A stretch of 61,952 nt of DNA, filler included, from Asterionella formosa (Eukaryota): assembly GCA_002256025.1 (NCBI GenBank). It is 7 parts of 7 records of this genome, joined end to end, with 100 filler letters (N's around TTAATTAATTAA, not from the genome) between each part and the next. Parts side by side here need not be neighbours in the genome. Positions count along the whole stretch, not along the records: positions 35,498 to 44,260 come from NKIB01011678.1; positions 44,361 to 53,106 come from NKIB01011702.1; 5 more parts are not named here. One strand, 5' to 3'. Below the pieces are notes generated by a model, which saw only the letters and a program-made list of their open reading frames with translations, was not told the origin of the DNA and made no database searches. Positions 37,411 to 48,432 of this stretch are shown here, piece by piece (position 1 is the stretch's first letter; each line of letters begins with the position of its first letter). A program made the position numbers and the translations under genes.

Positions 37411-38378
37411 AATAAGAGTAATGTAAAATAAGAAAAATAACAGAAAGAAATTTGATTCAAAAGTAGTAACAAATAAAAGCAGAAATATAATTGCTAACAT
37501 CATTTTTAGATGTATTCTCAGCTGTTTGTGTGAGAGCTATAGAATTCTTTGTCAGTTCATCCATGGCTTCAAAAATGATGCAGCATAACTGACATTCGCT
37601 TGATACTCTTTACCAAAACACTTTGTGACACTTCATTGCTTGCTAATTCAGCCTGAGATTCCTTTAACTTTTCTCAGTACATACTTACAACATCCATTAG
37701 TTTCTTCTTTTGTTTTACAGCAAGCATGGGTGTTTGTGATATTCCTCATTTGTGCTTTGAGAAGAAAGTTTCATTTTTGTACGGCATTCCTTTGCTTTTG
37801 AAAATTCTATCAAAACTTCGACAACTTGTTTTGTTCTTTCAAGCTCATGCCATGTTTTCTTGAATTTTTGGTGGGAGCTTGGCAAATTCAAGTTCATCCT
37901 CTTCATGAACATGTATTAGACTGTCTCTAGCAACACCATCACTCAAACTTGGCACTATGTAGGCCCATTAATGTGTCACCTCTTGAAGCCATAATTAATA
38001 TTAAAAACTATAAGACTGTTTTGAGTGTTTTGAGTGAAGGGGAAGTAAAATTGATAAAATTGTCATGTTGACCAGAAACTTGTTATTATTGAAACAGATC
38101 GAAAAATGCGCATTTAGAAGATCCATGAACTCTAGAAAATTTTTGCTATCGAACATAACAAAACTGAGGGGATAATTATCATCAATTCCATGGTATTCAA
38201 ACTGGTTGTGTTTGAAGGCCATGGATCCAATTGTATCATCATCTATGTTCATCATGTACTAGGTACTATCCAATAATTTGTCCCAAACTGTTTTATGGGG
38301 AATCATCCTTGCATCCAGCTCACTCAACAATAGTTGGTTTATTCCCAAGATCCAAATCATCTTGACGATGACCACGAA

Positions 38379-38775
38379 AATTGACAAGAAACTCATGGAG
38401 ATAGACAAAAATGACCGAAATCCATCACCCAACGCAAGGCATCATTAAATTGATAAAGGCTTTTTTGAAGATGTCCATGCATCCAAATCAGATCCAAACA
38501 GGCCTTTGTTGGCGCACCGCACAAACACAATATGTAAAAAACTATAAGCAGATGAAAGAACCACATTAATTGGCAAGAAACTCATGGAGATAGACCAAAA
38601 TGACCAATATCCATCCAACAGCATCATTGAATTGAGAACATAAGGCTTTTGACGATGTCCACGCATCCAAATCACATCCAAAAAGACCTTTTCCGTCCCA
38701 CCGTCCCTACAAAGTATACAAATCGCTACAAGCAGATGAAAGAACCACAAGAATTGACATTAAACTCATGGAGAT
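38379..38775 (+). repeat. Tandem repeat of about 187 bp, two copies plus a partial third
   Basis: AATTG(A/G)CA..AAACTCATGGAGAT recurs at about 38379, 38568 and 38752. Shared downstream blocks are GATGTCCA.GCATCCAAATCA.ATCCAAA and AAGCAGATGAAAGAACCACA. Confidence 0.88.
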
Positions 38776-39844
38776 CTTGCAAAACGTTTTTCCCAACTAA
38801 AGAGATGACACGCAGATGTTTGCTTGCCATTGCTACTGATATAGAATTGTTGGAAGCCAAAAACAGAGGAAATTTCGTTATGTCTCGCAATCACCAAAGC
38901 AGTCAATGAAATGAAGGGTATACTCCCATGGCTGACGGTTGTTAAAGTAAGTCAAGAACTACCAAATCAAGAAAACAAAAATGCGATTCCACAACTAGAT
39001 GTTGCTTTTGTTCATAATCCTAGCAGTCACCAGCATAATGAATCACAGATAAATGAAAAATCTGATTTTTCAATTGATGGAATTAATGAGGGGATAAATT
39101 GTTTACTGTGGCATCAGACTGGAGGCCACAAACTCTAAGTGCCCACCAAAAGGATGCTCATTTCACTATCCCCAGGGACTAGTGGTGAAATTAATAAGGG
39201 GAGTGCAGCATACAGGTTTTGAGAATATTCACATATTTGTTATCTTCTCTGCCATATAAGGTATTGGGACTACCGTAGATGTTTAATGCACTGTGAAAGT
39301 TGGATATCGACAAAATGTAAAGAAGAATGGAATTGGTCTAATTGATTTCAACGGTTGTAACTATTTCAGGTATTCAAAGATTGCTCACTATGCCATTCAG
39401 AAGGTAGAACATCCTCTGTCGCTCATATGCCACTTCTTCGGTGGCGCCTTTGGTGATCAGCTGCTGGTATAAATCTCCTTGCAGGATTTTTTGGTCTCGT
39501 TGCGATGATGGTGGCACAGATGGAGGACGAATGTGTTGTCGAGCCATCATTGTAGATACATAAGGTCGTCCTTTGGATTCGTGCATCTGTTCAAGGGACC
39601 TGTGTGACGACATAGTGGATCCTTGGGACATGCTTCCTAAAGATCTTGCGCCATCGAGGGTTGGGGTCGACTGATACGAAAAATGTTGATTTTCGCAGGA
39701 AGTTTGTGAATGAGACTGATTGCCGGATCGCTCCAGATGGCCAAGTGAGCTATCGGAGTTGCAATAAGATGAATTGGACATGATATTTGGACGATGTTAG
39801 ATAAGAGATGGGTCTGAAGTTGTTTGTCGGCAGTCTATGTTTCG

Positions 39845-40470
39845 TTCTTGTCGATTATTGTGAGATTTCTTCTGTACCGCCCGTGCTCGTAATATTGCTT
39901 CACCATTTTGATGCTCTGACGCTGGTTTTGCACGTGGTTTAAAACTATCGCGGTTATTAAATTTTTGTTAGCGAAACAGTCAAAGACTCTACCAGTAGCC
40001 TAGTCGTCTAGTGTACATAAATTATGTATGATCATACTATAACCCTAATTATGACTAAATACTTTGCTGGCGTTTGTCAAGAGAAAGCCTTCACTTTTCA
40101 TCTACTAAAAAAAAAATTTGAATGCAGTTTTCAGAATCCGTCTCAGATGCACCGGCACTTTTCTTTGTTGTCAATAATTGTGAGATCTTTCTTTTGTACC
40201 AGGTACCCTGGTACCGTACTACAGGTATTGCTTCCTCGCTCTGATGGTGTGATGCTGGTTTTGAACGTGGTCGTGGTTGAAAACTGCTCCTACCGGTAGC
40301 TATATACCGGTAATCGGTTTAACAATCGGATCACGATTATGCTATGACCATAATTATGACTACTTAATTTGTCGTATGTCATGAAATAGGATGACTAGGC
40401 TGTAGAAACGACATCTACTCAAATATATGTAAAGTATGCAGTTTTCAGAAAAGGCCCTCAGACACCAAGT
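39845..40470 (+). repeat. Diverged tandem duplication of about 320 bp
   Basis: The ordered blocks ATTGTGAGAT..TGTACC, TATTGCTTC, GCTGGTTTTG.ACGTGGT, TAATTATGACTA, ATCTACT and ATGCAGTTTTCAGAA occur in both 39845-40164 and 40165-40470. Confidence 0.85.
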
Positions 40471-40828
40471 ACTGATACTTGTATGACTAATTACTAGGGC
40501 TAAAACTTATCGTTGACACAAATACACAGCTTTTGGTCGGTTAGTCGTGCAATCTGATGTACAGTGTCGGCTATCTTAACACCAAATAGTTGTACCGGTA
40601 TTGTATTTCAAATACAAATACATTGGTATCGCTAGAATGGAAACCAAAAAATATTTCCCCCCTTTTCGAAGACAAATATACATTGTATATACATACTTTT
40701 CATCAGCACTCTCCTTGTCAATGAATACTCATCTTCATTGACAAAGATTACATTGCCTGTTCAAATCTCATTGTCTTGTCGCTTGCTTGTATGAACAACA
40801 CAAGAACTGATTTGAATTGTTAACAGGA

Positions 40829-43090
40829 TGGCTGTTCAAAGGGAATATTGTGCCAGCTGATCAATTCATGCTGTGCAACAGGCGCAACAATTGCATCAGA
40901 CACAACAGCCAGTGCAAGTGCCAAAATTCCCAATTTCCGAATAGGTTTCCCTTCGGCTTTTGTTGTTGTTGCAGCTCAGTTGAATGACATGTCCTCCATG
41001 TCTTCTTCTATGCTGTCAGACCAATTTCCATTGACGCTTAGTACTGTCCCAGCAGCCAAGCCTACTGAAAATGATTTCATTGATAAGTATGATTTGGATG
41101 GAAATGATAATGGCTACTCATTATCAGAATTTTTTCACTTCCTTGGTGGAAACATCGCCCCTGAACATTGGCTAGCCTGCAAAGCTGTTTTGGTCTTTCA
41201 TGCTGGCTCGAAAACCAGCAATCTTGCATCTATGAACAAAATAGCAAAAGAGATGGCTTGTCTATTGGCACCTTAAGCAGGCAATTGCAGCATTAGAATC
41301 TACGCATTTTTTGGTTGAATCCCGGAAATATTTTGCTTGCTCCTTTAAGAAAAAGGATGAACCAATGACCTCTGAAGCTCTTTACCAATACGATTTGGAT
41401 TCAAGGAGCAAGATGAGGTGTGCTGTTATCCCTTTGTTGGCAAGGGCTTCCATGACACATGTAATGACATGCTGATTAAGGAGTTCAGAAAGGAATTGAC
41501 CTTGAACAGCAAGTTGAGCGTCATCCCTCAGAAAATCGAAAACAAGCTCCCTCCCCAATTCTGGGAATACAAGAGCCCATGGTATCTTACATTGACAATT
41601 AAAAAATTTCGAAGGGACCCACAGTTGACACCCAATGTTGTAGAGGTGCTTGGCGATGCAAGCAACATTCCACTGTCTCGAGCACCAGCTCGAAAGTGTG
41701 AAGATCAGAAACTTCGTCAGCAGAAGTATGAAGATGATGAAGATAAATGTGTGGATCGCAAATCTAGGAAAATCAAGCATGAAAATACCTTGAGTAAACA
41801 AAGCATGTTGGGAAAGCTACATGCAGCAAAAGCTTTGTAGGAGACTGCTAATGTGTTGCGTCAACAGGGCCAACCCCTAAATTTTCTGGGGTAAAAATTA
41901 GGTTGCCCCAGGAAGCCAGTGTATCCTTTTGTGTTTCCTTCTTCGCCCAATATTCTATCCAGAATAATGGCATCACAAGTTCCGGTGACGCAGAAAATTG
42001 CATGGTGAGTCCGCAAGTCCTACTCAGCTGCAATCGATGCTGAAATGCAGCCAAAACAGCGTACCACTTCAGAATATCACCCCATTTGATCCTGGTGAAA
42101 CACATAAAAACGATTTTCTAGTTGCATTTCACCATCCTGAACATTATCTACATGTTCACTTCCTTCTCTCCATAAAGCTTCCTGGCTAGGTTGACTCTCC
42201 ATGAGTGACATATTCTTTGTGGAGCAAGTGAACCAGTTTCTCTCTGATTTCATGGATTTTAATTCCTGAAATGCTGGTGTGATGCAATATCGAGCAGCTG
42301 AGAAGATGGCTCCTCCACTATTGCAAGAGGATGCGTTATACAGTCCAAAAGTTCAGTATTGTGGCTTGATGTCATAATAACCAATGCTGGCTTGTTGTCA
42401 CTTTATATGTGTATTGGTGGAGGAGAAGAAATGAAGTGTGCCAAGCCCTCCTTTGAATCTTCGCTTTTCATCATTGGCTCAAAGGCAACTCCATTGCGGC
42501 CATGCTCATAGTCCTTCAGAGCGAATATTGACTTGATGCAAAGGTAAACCTTCCAGGATTGATAGGGAACAGGAATTCCGACGTTTTCTTTCTTGGCTTG
42601 GCAAAGGATGACTATCAGAATAGGGGTTCCATATTCAGTACTTCAGATCTCTCAGAGTAAAGGTTCCAATTTTAGTACTTTGGAGGCCACATGAACCTCT
42701 TTCATCAGGACATTCATTTTCGACGGGTTTTGAAAGGCAAGCTTGTAGCTGCAGCAGTGTGGCACAGCAAGCAGTAGTGTAATGAACAATGAATTATGAT
42801 AGGATTTTTTTGCTTCTTGGTGCTGTGCAATGGCGAGCCTCAGCCCTGAAATAGCCCATTCACACATGACACTTAGGTAATTTTCATCAAAGTGCATAAA
42901 TATAGATTCCATCAGGGTGATGACAATCTGTGTATAATGCCACGAGAAAACAACTACCAGGAAAAAATGGCTGTTTGTCCAATATTACCCTCAAATGATC
43001 AAACTTCACTCCAAGTTCAACCTAGAAGTGCTATGGCTGGATGCAATTTTTGGGGCCACCGGGTAGACCATGTAGGCCTAGCATTAGCAT
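40829..43090. pseudogene. Two convergent decayed coding remnants (+ about 40829-41900; - about 41900-43090), probably transposon-derived
   Basis: Protein-like ORF fragments 40848-41276 and 41418-41840 (+) and 42652-42912 (-) are broken by stops and frameshifts. The sequence is CpG-poor. No diagnostic motif recognised. Confidence 0.35.
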
Positions 43091-44260
43091 AAACCCTAAA
43101 CCTATGGTATATAATATTTTGCGCCTGGATTGGCATGTTATAATCACATCCACCATGTTGTTATTATTCTGTTGCTTTACTCAACAATAGAACATCCTCC
43201 CATGCCGCTTCAAATACCTTTCTTTCCTTCATGAGTAGCACTACTATTAAACACCGGAAGCGGCACGGGATGACACAATTGGAGTTGAAACTGTACAGGA
43301 ATGTCTCAAATAAGATCATATAGTAGTTGCAATGAAGATACAACAACAATTTCACTTCCATCGCTGTGCAATGGACTTCGATTTCATGTTCATCATGAAT
43401 GAATGTAACGACGACAACAACGAGATCCCGGATGCATGTGTACATAAACTTAATTCACATGTTTGTTATTTTTATAGAACATTTTACTTAAGCTAATATT
43501 ATGTTTTACTGGTAGCCAGAATTATTTTGTACCGGTAGCTACGATGGCTACCCTATGTAGTTTCATGATGTATCCAGCCATATGTAGGGATACCGTGTTA
43601 AATTATAAACTGGGAATGAGCTGAAATACCGGCCTACTGTCCGTAAATTTCTACGAAAATCAGCGTAAGTGTCCGGTAGTTATCTGATGTTGACGGCTCC
43701 AACCCACGAACCGTTATTATAAATCACGGTTCTCGTGTCTCCGTGTGAGCCAACGACGACTCGATATGGAGTCAAGCGGCCCGTTTACCTTGTTGTGGGG
43801 CAATAGCAAATTACATGCACGGGACTAATAACAATACCGGCATACTTGATGGCTCAACTCAGGCTTTCGCGACACCAAATGGGGGTCATGCAAAGAACGG
43901 CGTACGTTTAGAAATAGTTCTGTCACGCTGCACTTTAGGAAGCATTTTGAAAGAAACCCAAGAGGACTAAAGATACAGTATATATTTCATCAATGTACAT
44001 ACCGTTTATGTTTATGTACTATGGTACCTGGTACGTGGAAGCACAAACAACGGCGCATGGCTATGCTGCCATTGAAAATTCATTTAGCTGGCGGTAACTA
44101 GCGCTACCTGATGCTGGTACTTTGTGCACTGTACCTGCATCTACATTCTTCAACGGCCGATGACGAGGAGGGGAACACGGATTGCACGCTTACGTTCCCA
44201 TTGCTATCTCTTATGTATACGTCATATCAGCTATCAGGTGTCACACTTTACTCTCGTATA

Positions 44261-44360
44261 NNNNNNNNNNNNNNNNNNNNNNNNNNNNNNNNNNNNNNNN
44301 NNNNTTAATTAATTAANNNNNNNNNNNNNNNNNNNNNNNNNNNNNNNNNNNNNNNNNNNN
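44261..44360. other. Artificial contig spacer N44-TTAATTAATTAA-N44
   Basis: Linker at 44305-44316. Confidence 0.97.
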
Positions 44361-45206
44361 ATTGTAATGGATGGATGATGTGATGATACCGGTATATCGG
44401 GGATAGTAATCGTTCAAGCCGTGTTATCACGATAAAGTTACCTGTGTTCAGAGTTTTGTACCAGGTGTGCCTGTACCAGGTACCAGTAGGTGCATGATGG
44501 TAGTAAGCACAGCATGGCTGAGCGATGGAACAATAAAAGCAAAACAAACAACAGATTGGTCTCAATATTTTCAGCTAAATCGGATTAACGCTAAGAAATA
44601 AAATTCGGAACAACAAGCCGGCCGGGTTGGATTTTCGATCGGATATTAGAAAGAAACACATGTATCAAGTCAGCCGGGTTGGTTTATTGATACGAAATTA
44701 AAAAGAAGCACATGTATCCATTTGGACGAATTGCTTGGAATCAGAATTGCCGACACGAAGACGTTGGGAGTTGCACTACCCCAGTAGGTAGCTATGCCAA
44801 AATTCAAGCACCTTGCTGGTACTCAGGAGTCTCATATTGCACTGACGACGGCTCATGGGCTGTTCGTTACACACACATTTGACGATCATCAATTAGCGAT
44901 CTATGAAGACATACGATCGCTAGATTCCGTACATAGTAAATGTATTATATGTGCTAAGTTTATGACGATACCGAATTACACCAAGAGTAACAACACTCAA
45001 GACAAATGCAGCGGGTGTAGTGAACCGATGCCGACGCACCGCCTGCATTTACCTGCTGTGTAAGATAGTTGATATTGGTATCCGTTATTATAAAAGTCGC
45101 ATCCCACGATCAAAAAGGAGGCCACCAAAAAACCAAAATAGGAAATCATCACCTCATAATTTCACTTTGTCCACATATTTACGTCAACACACATTTAACG
45201 AAAGTC

Positions 45207-45884
45207 ATGTTTTCAAAGCTCGTGATTGCTTTTCTCATGGCGTATCTCGCCCGGGCAGATGATATGACACCATTGTCCGCCTGCCCTCTTGATCCTCCTA
45301 CCTCTTTCAATGTCACCTGTGCTGTCAATCTCACTTGCTCATGGACCCTCGAAGGTAACGGGGTCGAAACTTGTACCTGTGAAGAAGAAGGTACTATTCA
45401 ATGCTACGCCCTTGCTCCTCCCATTTCTGTCATTTCAGTATCGACATGTCCTCCTGATCCCATTTTCACAACCAGTGATGGTCCCATTCCTACTTGTTCC
45501 AACATGTCTCTCACTTGCGAATACGAGCGGGAAGTGGAAAACCCAGATGCAGTCGGTGGATACTCTTGCTATTGCAATGAAGAAGACATCTTTACATGTG
45601 GCATATGGGAGATTTTGGCGGCTACTGCTGTCCCTGACTACAGTGTTACACTTGCACCAGTCTCTGACGACACTGTTACACCACCACCAGTCCCAGACTA
45701 CACTGTTACATCTCCACCAGTCCCAGACTACACTGTTAAACCTCCACCAGTTGTCAAAATGGGTATGAAAAAGGGAAGTAAGAAGTCAACCAAGTCGATG
45801 AAGGCGAAGGGACATAAAAAGGGAACGAAGAAATCTAAGAAAGGAGGCAAAGAAGGCAAATATATCCGCGGTCGTGCGCTTTAG
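45207..45884 (+). CDS. Secreted protein with 2 six-Cys modules, Pro/Thr repeats and a Lys-rich tail (225 aa), paralog 1
   Basis: The true start is ATG 45207, supported by the signal peptide MFSKLVIAFLMAYLARA and its match to the paralog at 47132. Module pattern CP...C...LxCx(W/Y)...CxC...C. The tail ends KKGGKEGKYIRGRAL. Confidence 0.88.
   Translation: MFSKLVIAFLMAYLARADDMTPLSACPLDPPTSFNVTCAVNLTCSWTLEGNGVETCTCEEEGTIQCYALAPPISVISVSTCPPDPIFTTSDGPIPTCSNMSLTCEYEREVENPDAVGGYSCYCNEEDIFTCGIWEILAATAVPDYSVTLAPVSDDTVTPPPVPDYTVTSPPVPDYTVKPPPVVKMGMKKGSKKSTKSMKAKGHKKGTKKSKKGGKEGKYIRGRAL
45630..45749 (+). repeat. 30-bp coding tandem repeat x4 (VPDYTVTxPP)
   Basis: Units at 45630, 45660, 45690 and 45720; consensus GTCCCAGACTACACTGTTACAYCTCCACCA. 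Confidence 0.95.
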
Positions 45885-47131
45885 TGCTCTTCCCTTCCCT
45901 CAGCTTTTCAGTCAATTCTTATTGAATCAAACGAGTTTCATACCAAAAATAGAATTGATTTCACATATTATGTTTCAAAGTAGTAAGAAGAAATTTAAGG
46001 AGTATACTTGCAATTAAATTCAACAAAATATGTGCATACTTCTCACATGAAAAGCTTGGCGTGAAATGAACAGCATCCGTGTCTAATTCAAGCATGATTT
46101 TCTCATTAGTTTGGGATCAAACGCACAATTATATTCCACGACTCATTTTTAATTATTAAATACCGGTGGATGGCATTACTATGTAGCAACCCATCGTCCG
46201 GATGATAGGATAATATCTCGCTGGCTCGATTCAGGGATCGTCCAGACTTGCAATCAATCATCACTTTAAGTAGCTGAAGGACGCCGTTTGTGTTCTTAGA
46301 TTGTTGTACCCATGAATCTGGTACTCCGGGGTACCTGGTGAGCGATCTCGCTCAACTACAGACACACCTATAGGGATAGGTTTACATAGATATCTCAGAA
46401 CTCTATCAGGAGCGAGAAAACTCGACTAACACCTATTTGAATACTTTAGCGCCAACCTAGGAGATCGAGTTGCACACAAGCAAGGATTAACTAATAAGCT
46501 CATATATTCAACAAATAATAATACTTCTAGTTAGATACTTCACCTGGTAAATGGGGGCGGGAGGGGTCACGATTTTACGGGATATTTTCGTGTGAGAAAG
46601 TCCCGCTGTGGTATAAAAATTGGCAGAACAAAGGAGCGAAATCAGCCATCACGTCATAGTTTAGTAAGTACTATACCGGTAGTAGCGAGGAAATAAAAAT
46701 GGTACATGATACTGTACATGGTACCCTGGTACCAGGTACTAGACGATATGAAACACACAGGTTCATTCGTGTCACCTTATTTTTTTAGCAACGACCTGAA
46801 CGGCTGGCTCGAATCGAAAAATATAGCATCATATCAAAGCAGTGTACTTAGACCAACATTTTGCACGACCTATCAAACGTCACACCCACGAGCAAAAATG
46901 AAAGAAAGCGAGTTTTTCAACTTTTGCTTTATAAAGAATATAAATACCGGTATACTGTTTAAATATATTATTCTTGGAGACTACCGAACAAGAATATATG
47001 ATGGCTGTGTGTGGAACAACAATCACATGGTAAAGCAATGTCTTCAAAAATCAAGCAACGAAGTCAAAGCTCATAATTCTCACCAAATATTGTTCAACAT
47101 ATTTTTTAGTAAACACCAATCAACGAAAATC

Positions 47132-48079
47132 ATGTTTACGAAGCTCGTAATTGCTTTCCTAATGGTATCTCTCTCCCGGGCGGATCAAATGGCACCATGG
47201 TCCGCCTGCCCTCTTGACCCCCCTGTTGATCCGATGTCAAATATCACGTGTGAAGTGCCTCTCACTTGCACGTGGCCCATCGAAAATGACGGGGTCGAAA
47301 CTTGCACCTGCGAAGGACAAGGTCTACTTCAATGCATAGCCATGCTACCACCTCTTTTTGTTAACACAGTGTCTACTTGTCCCGAAACATCTCCAATCAA
47401 TGCAACGGATGTTGAGAGCTCCATCACAGTCACGATTTGCGACACACCTTTGGAATGCACCTGGCCCCTGGACATTGCGAATGGGGTTGGGACGCAGACT
47501 TGCAAGTGCGAAGCGAATGGCGAGTTCAAAGATTGTACCATGCAGGCCGTGGATGTACCTATTTATAGGGTGTCGGAGTGTCCTGACACACCTCCTTCAT
47601 ACAATAACACTTCGTCAACCCTCATTTGCGACAAACCTCTCAGTTGCTCGTGGGACATAAGCGGTGAGGACTGGGTTGGTGGCGAGACTTGCACATGTGA
47701 AGCAGCTGGTGATGGATTCACTCAATGCATTTCATTTGCCAATCCCGCGGTATTTGTTACTGAATGTCCTCCTGCTGCCATTTTCCCAGCCGCCGTTGAT
47801 CCCATTCCTGTTTGTACAAACATGTCTCTCAGTTGCGAGTACGAACGATTAGTGGAAACTCCAGATGCAGTTGGAGGGTATTCGTGCTCCTGCAATGACG
47901 AAAAAGTTTTTACTTGTTACATCTGGGAGGCGCTGGCGGCTACTGCTGCACCCGATGACAGTGCTGCTTCCACAGTTGATGGGTTGGGAATGGGTAAGGC
48001 AAGCAAGAAATCAAAAAAGACGAAGAAGTCTGTCGGAGGAAAGAAGAATGGCAAGCATATCCGCGGTCGTGCAGTGTAA
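47132..48079 (+). CDS. Secreted protein with 4 six-Cys modules and a Lys-rich tail (315 aa), paralog 2
   Basis: The true start is ATG 47132 (signal peptide MFTKLVIAFLMVSLSRA). The first and last modules match paralog 1. The tail ends GGKKNGKHIRGRAV. The 5' UTR is also similar to paralog 1. Confidence 0.9.
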   Translation: MFTKLVIAFLMVSLSRADQMAPWSACPLDPPVDPMSNITCEVPLTCTWPIENDGVETCTCEGQGLLQCIAMLPPLFVNTVSTCPETSPINATDVESSITVTICDTPLECTWPLDIANGVGTQTCKCEANGEFKDCTMQAVDVPIYRVSECPDTPPSYNNTSSTLICDKPLSCSWDISGEDWVGGETCTCEAAGDGFTQCISFANPAVFVTECPPAAIFPAAVDPIPVCTNMSLSCEYERLVETPDAVGGYSCSCNDEKVFTCYIWEALAATAAPDDSAASTVDGLGMGKASKKSKKTKKSVGGKKNGKHIRGRAV

Positions 48080-48432
48080 TTTCTTTTCTTTTCCTTTCCA
48101 CCCTGTTGCATATTTCAAAAACATTTTCTTTAACTAAACATGGCAGGAATCAAATATAGTTTAGAGTAATACAATGATGACTCAAAAATAAAAAGAGAAT
48201 AAATCTTGATGAGAAGATTCCTTGTCAAATTATTGAGGATAGGTGACATGAACCGATACCTTTAGATTCAGAGCGAATGGAATTGATAATCCATACATAT
48301 CAAGGGCAAACATATCAAGTCAACTATAAATGAAGGTTCGCGTATCGTTTTCCATCTATCTGCTGAGTCATCTTACAGTTGCTTGATGAAAACTTCCACC
48401 AACATGAAGAGTGCACCCAACTATAGAATATT

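Noticed and set aside
43090..43103. Telomere-like AAACCCTAAACCT
   Set aside because: Fewer than two clean units, which is expected by chance.
45069..47131. N-terminal extensions of the two Cys-repeat ORFs given in the ORF track (45069-45206 and 46706-47131)
   Set aside because: Paralog protein similarity and the signal peptides both begin at ATG 45207 and 47132. The extensions are AT-rich upstream DNA containing intergenic palindromes.
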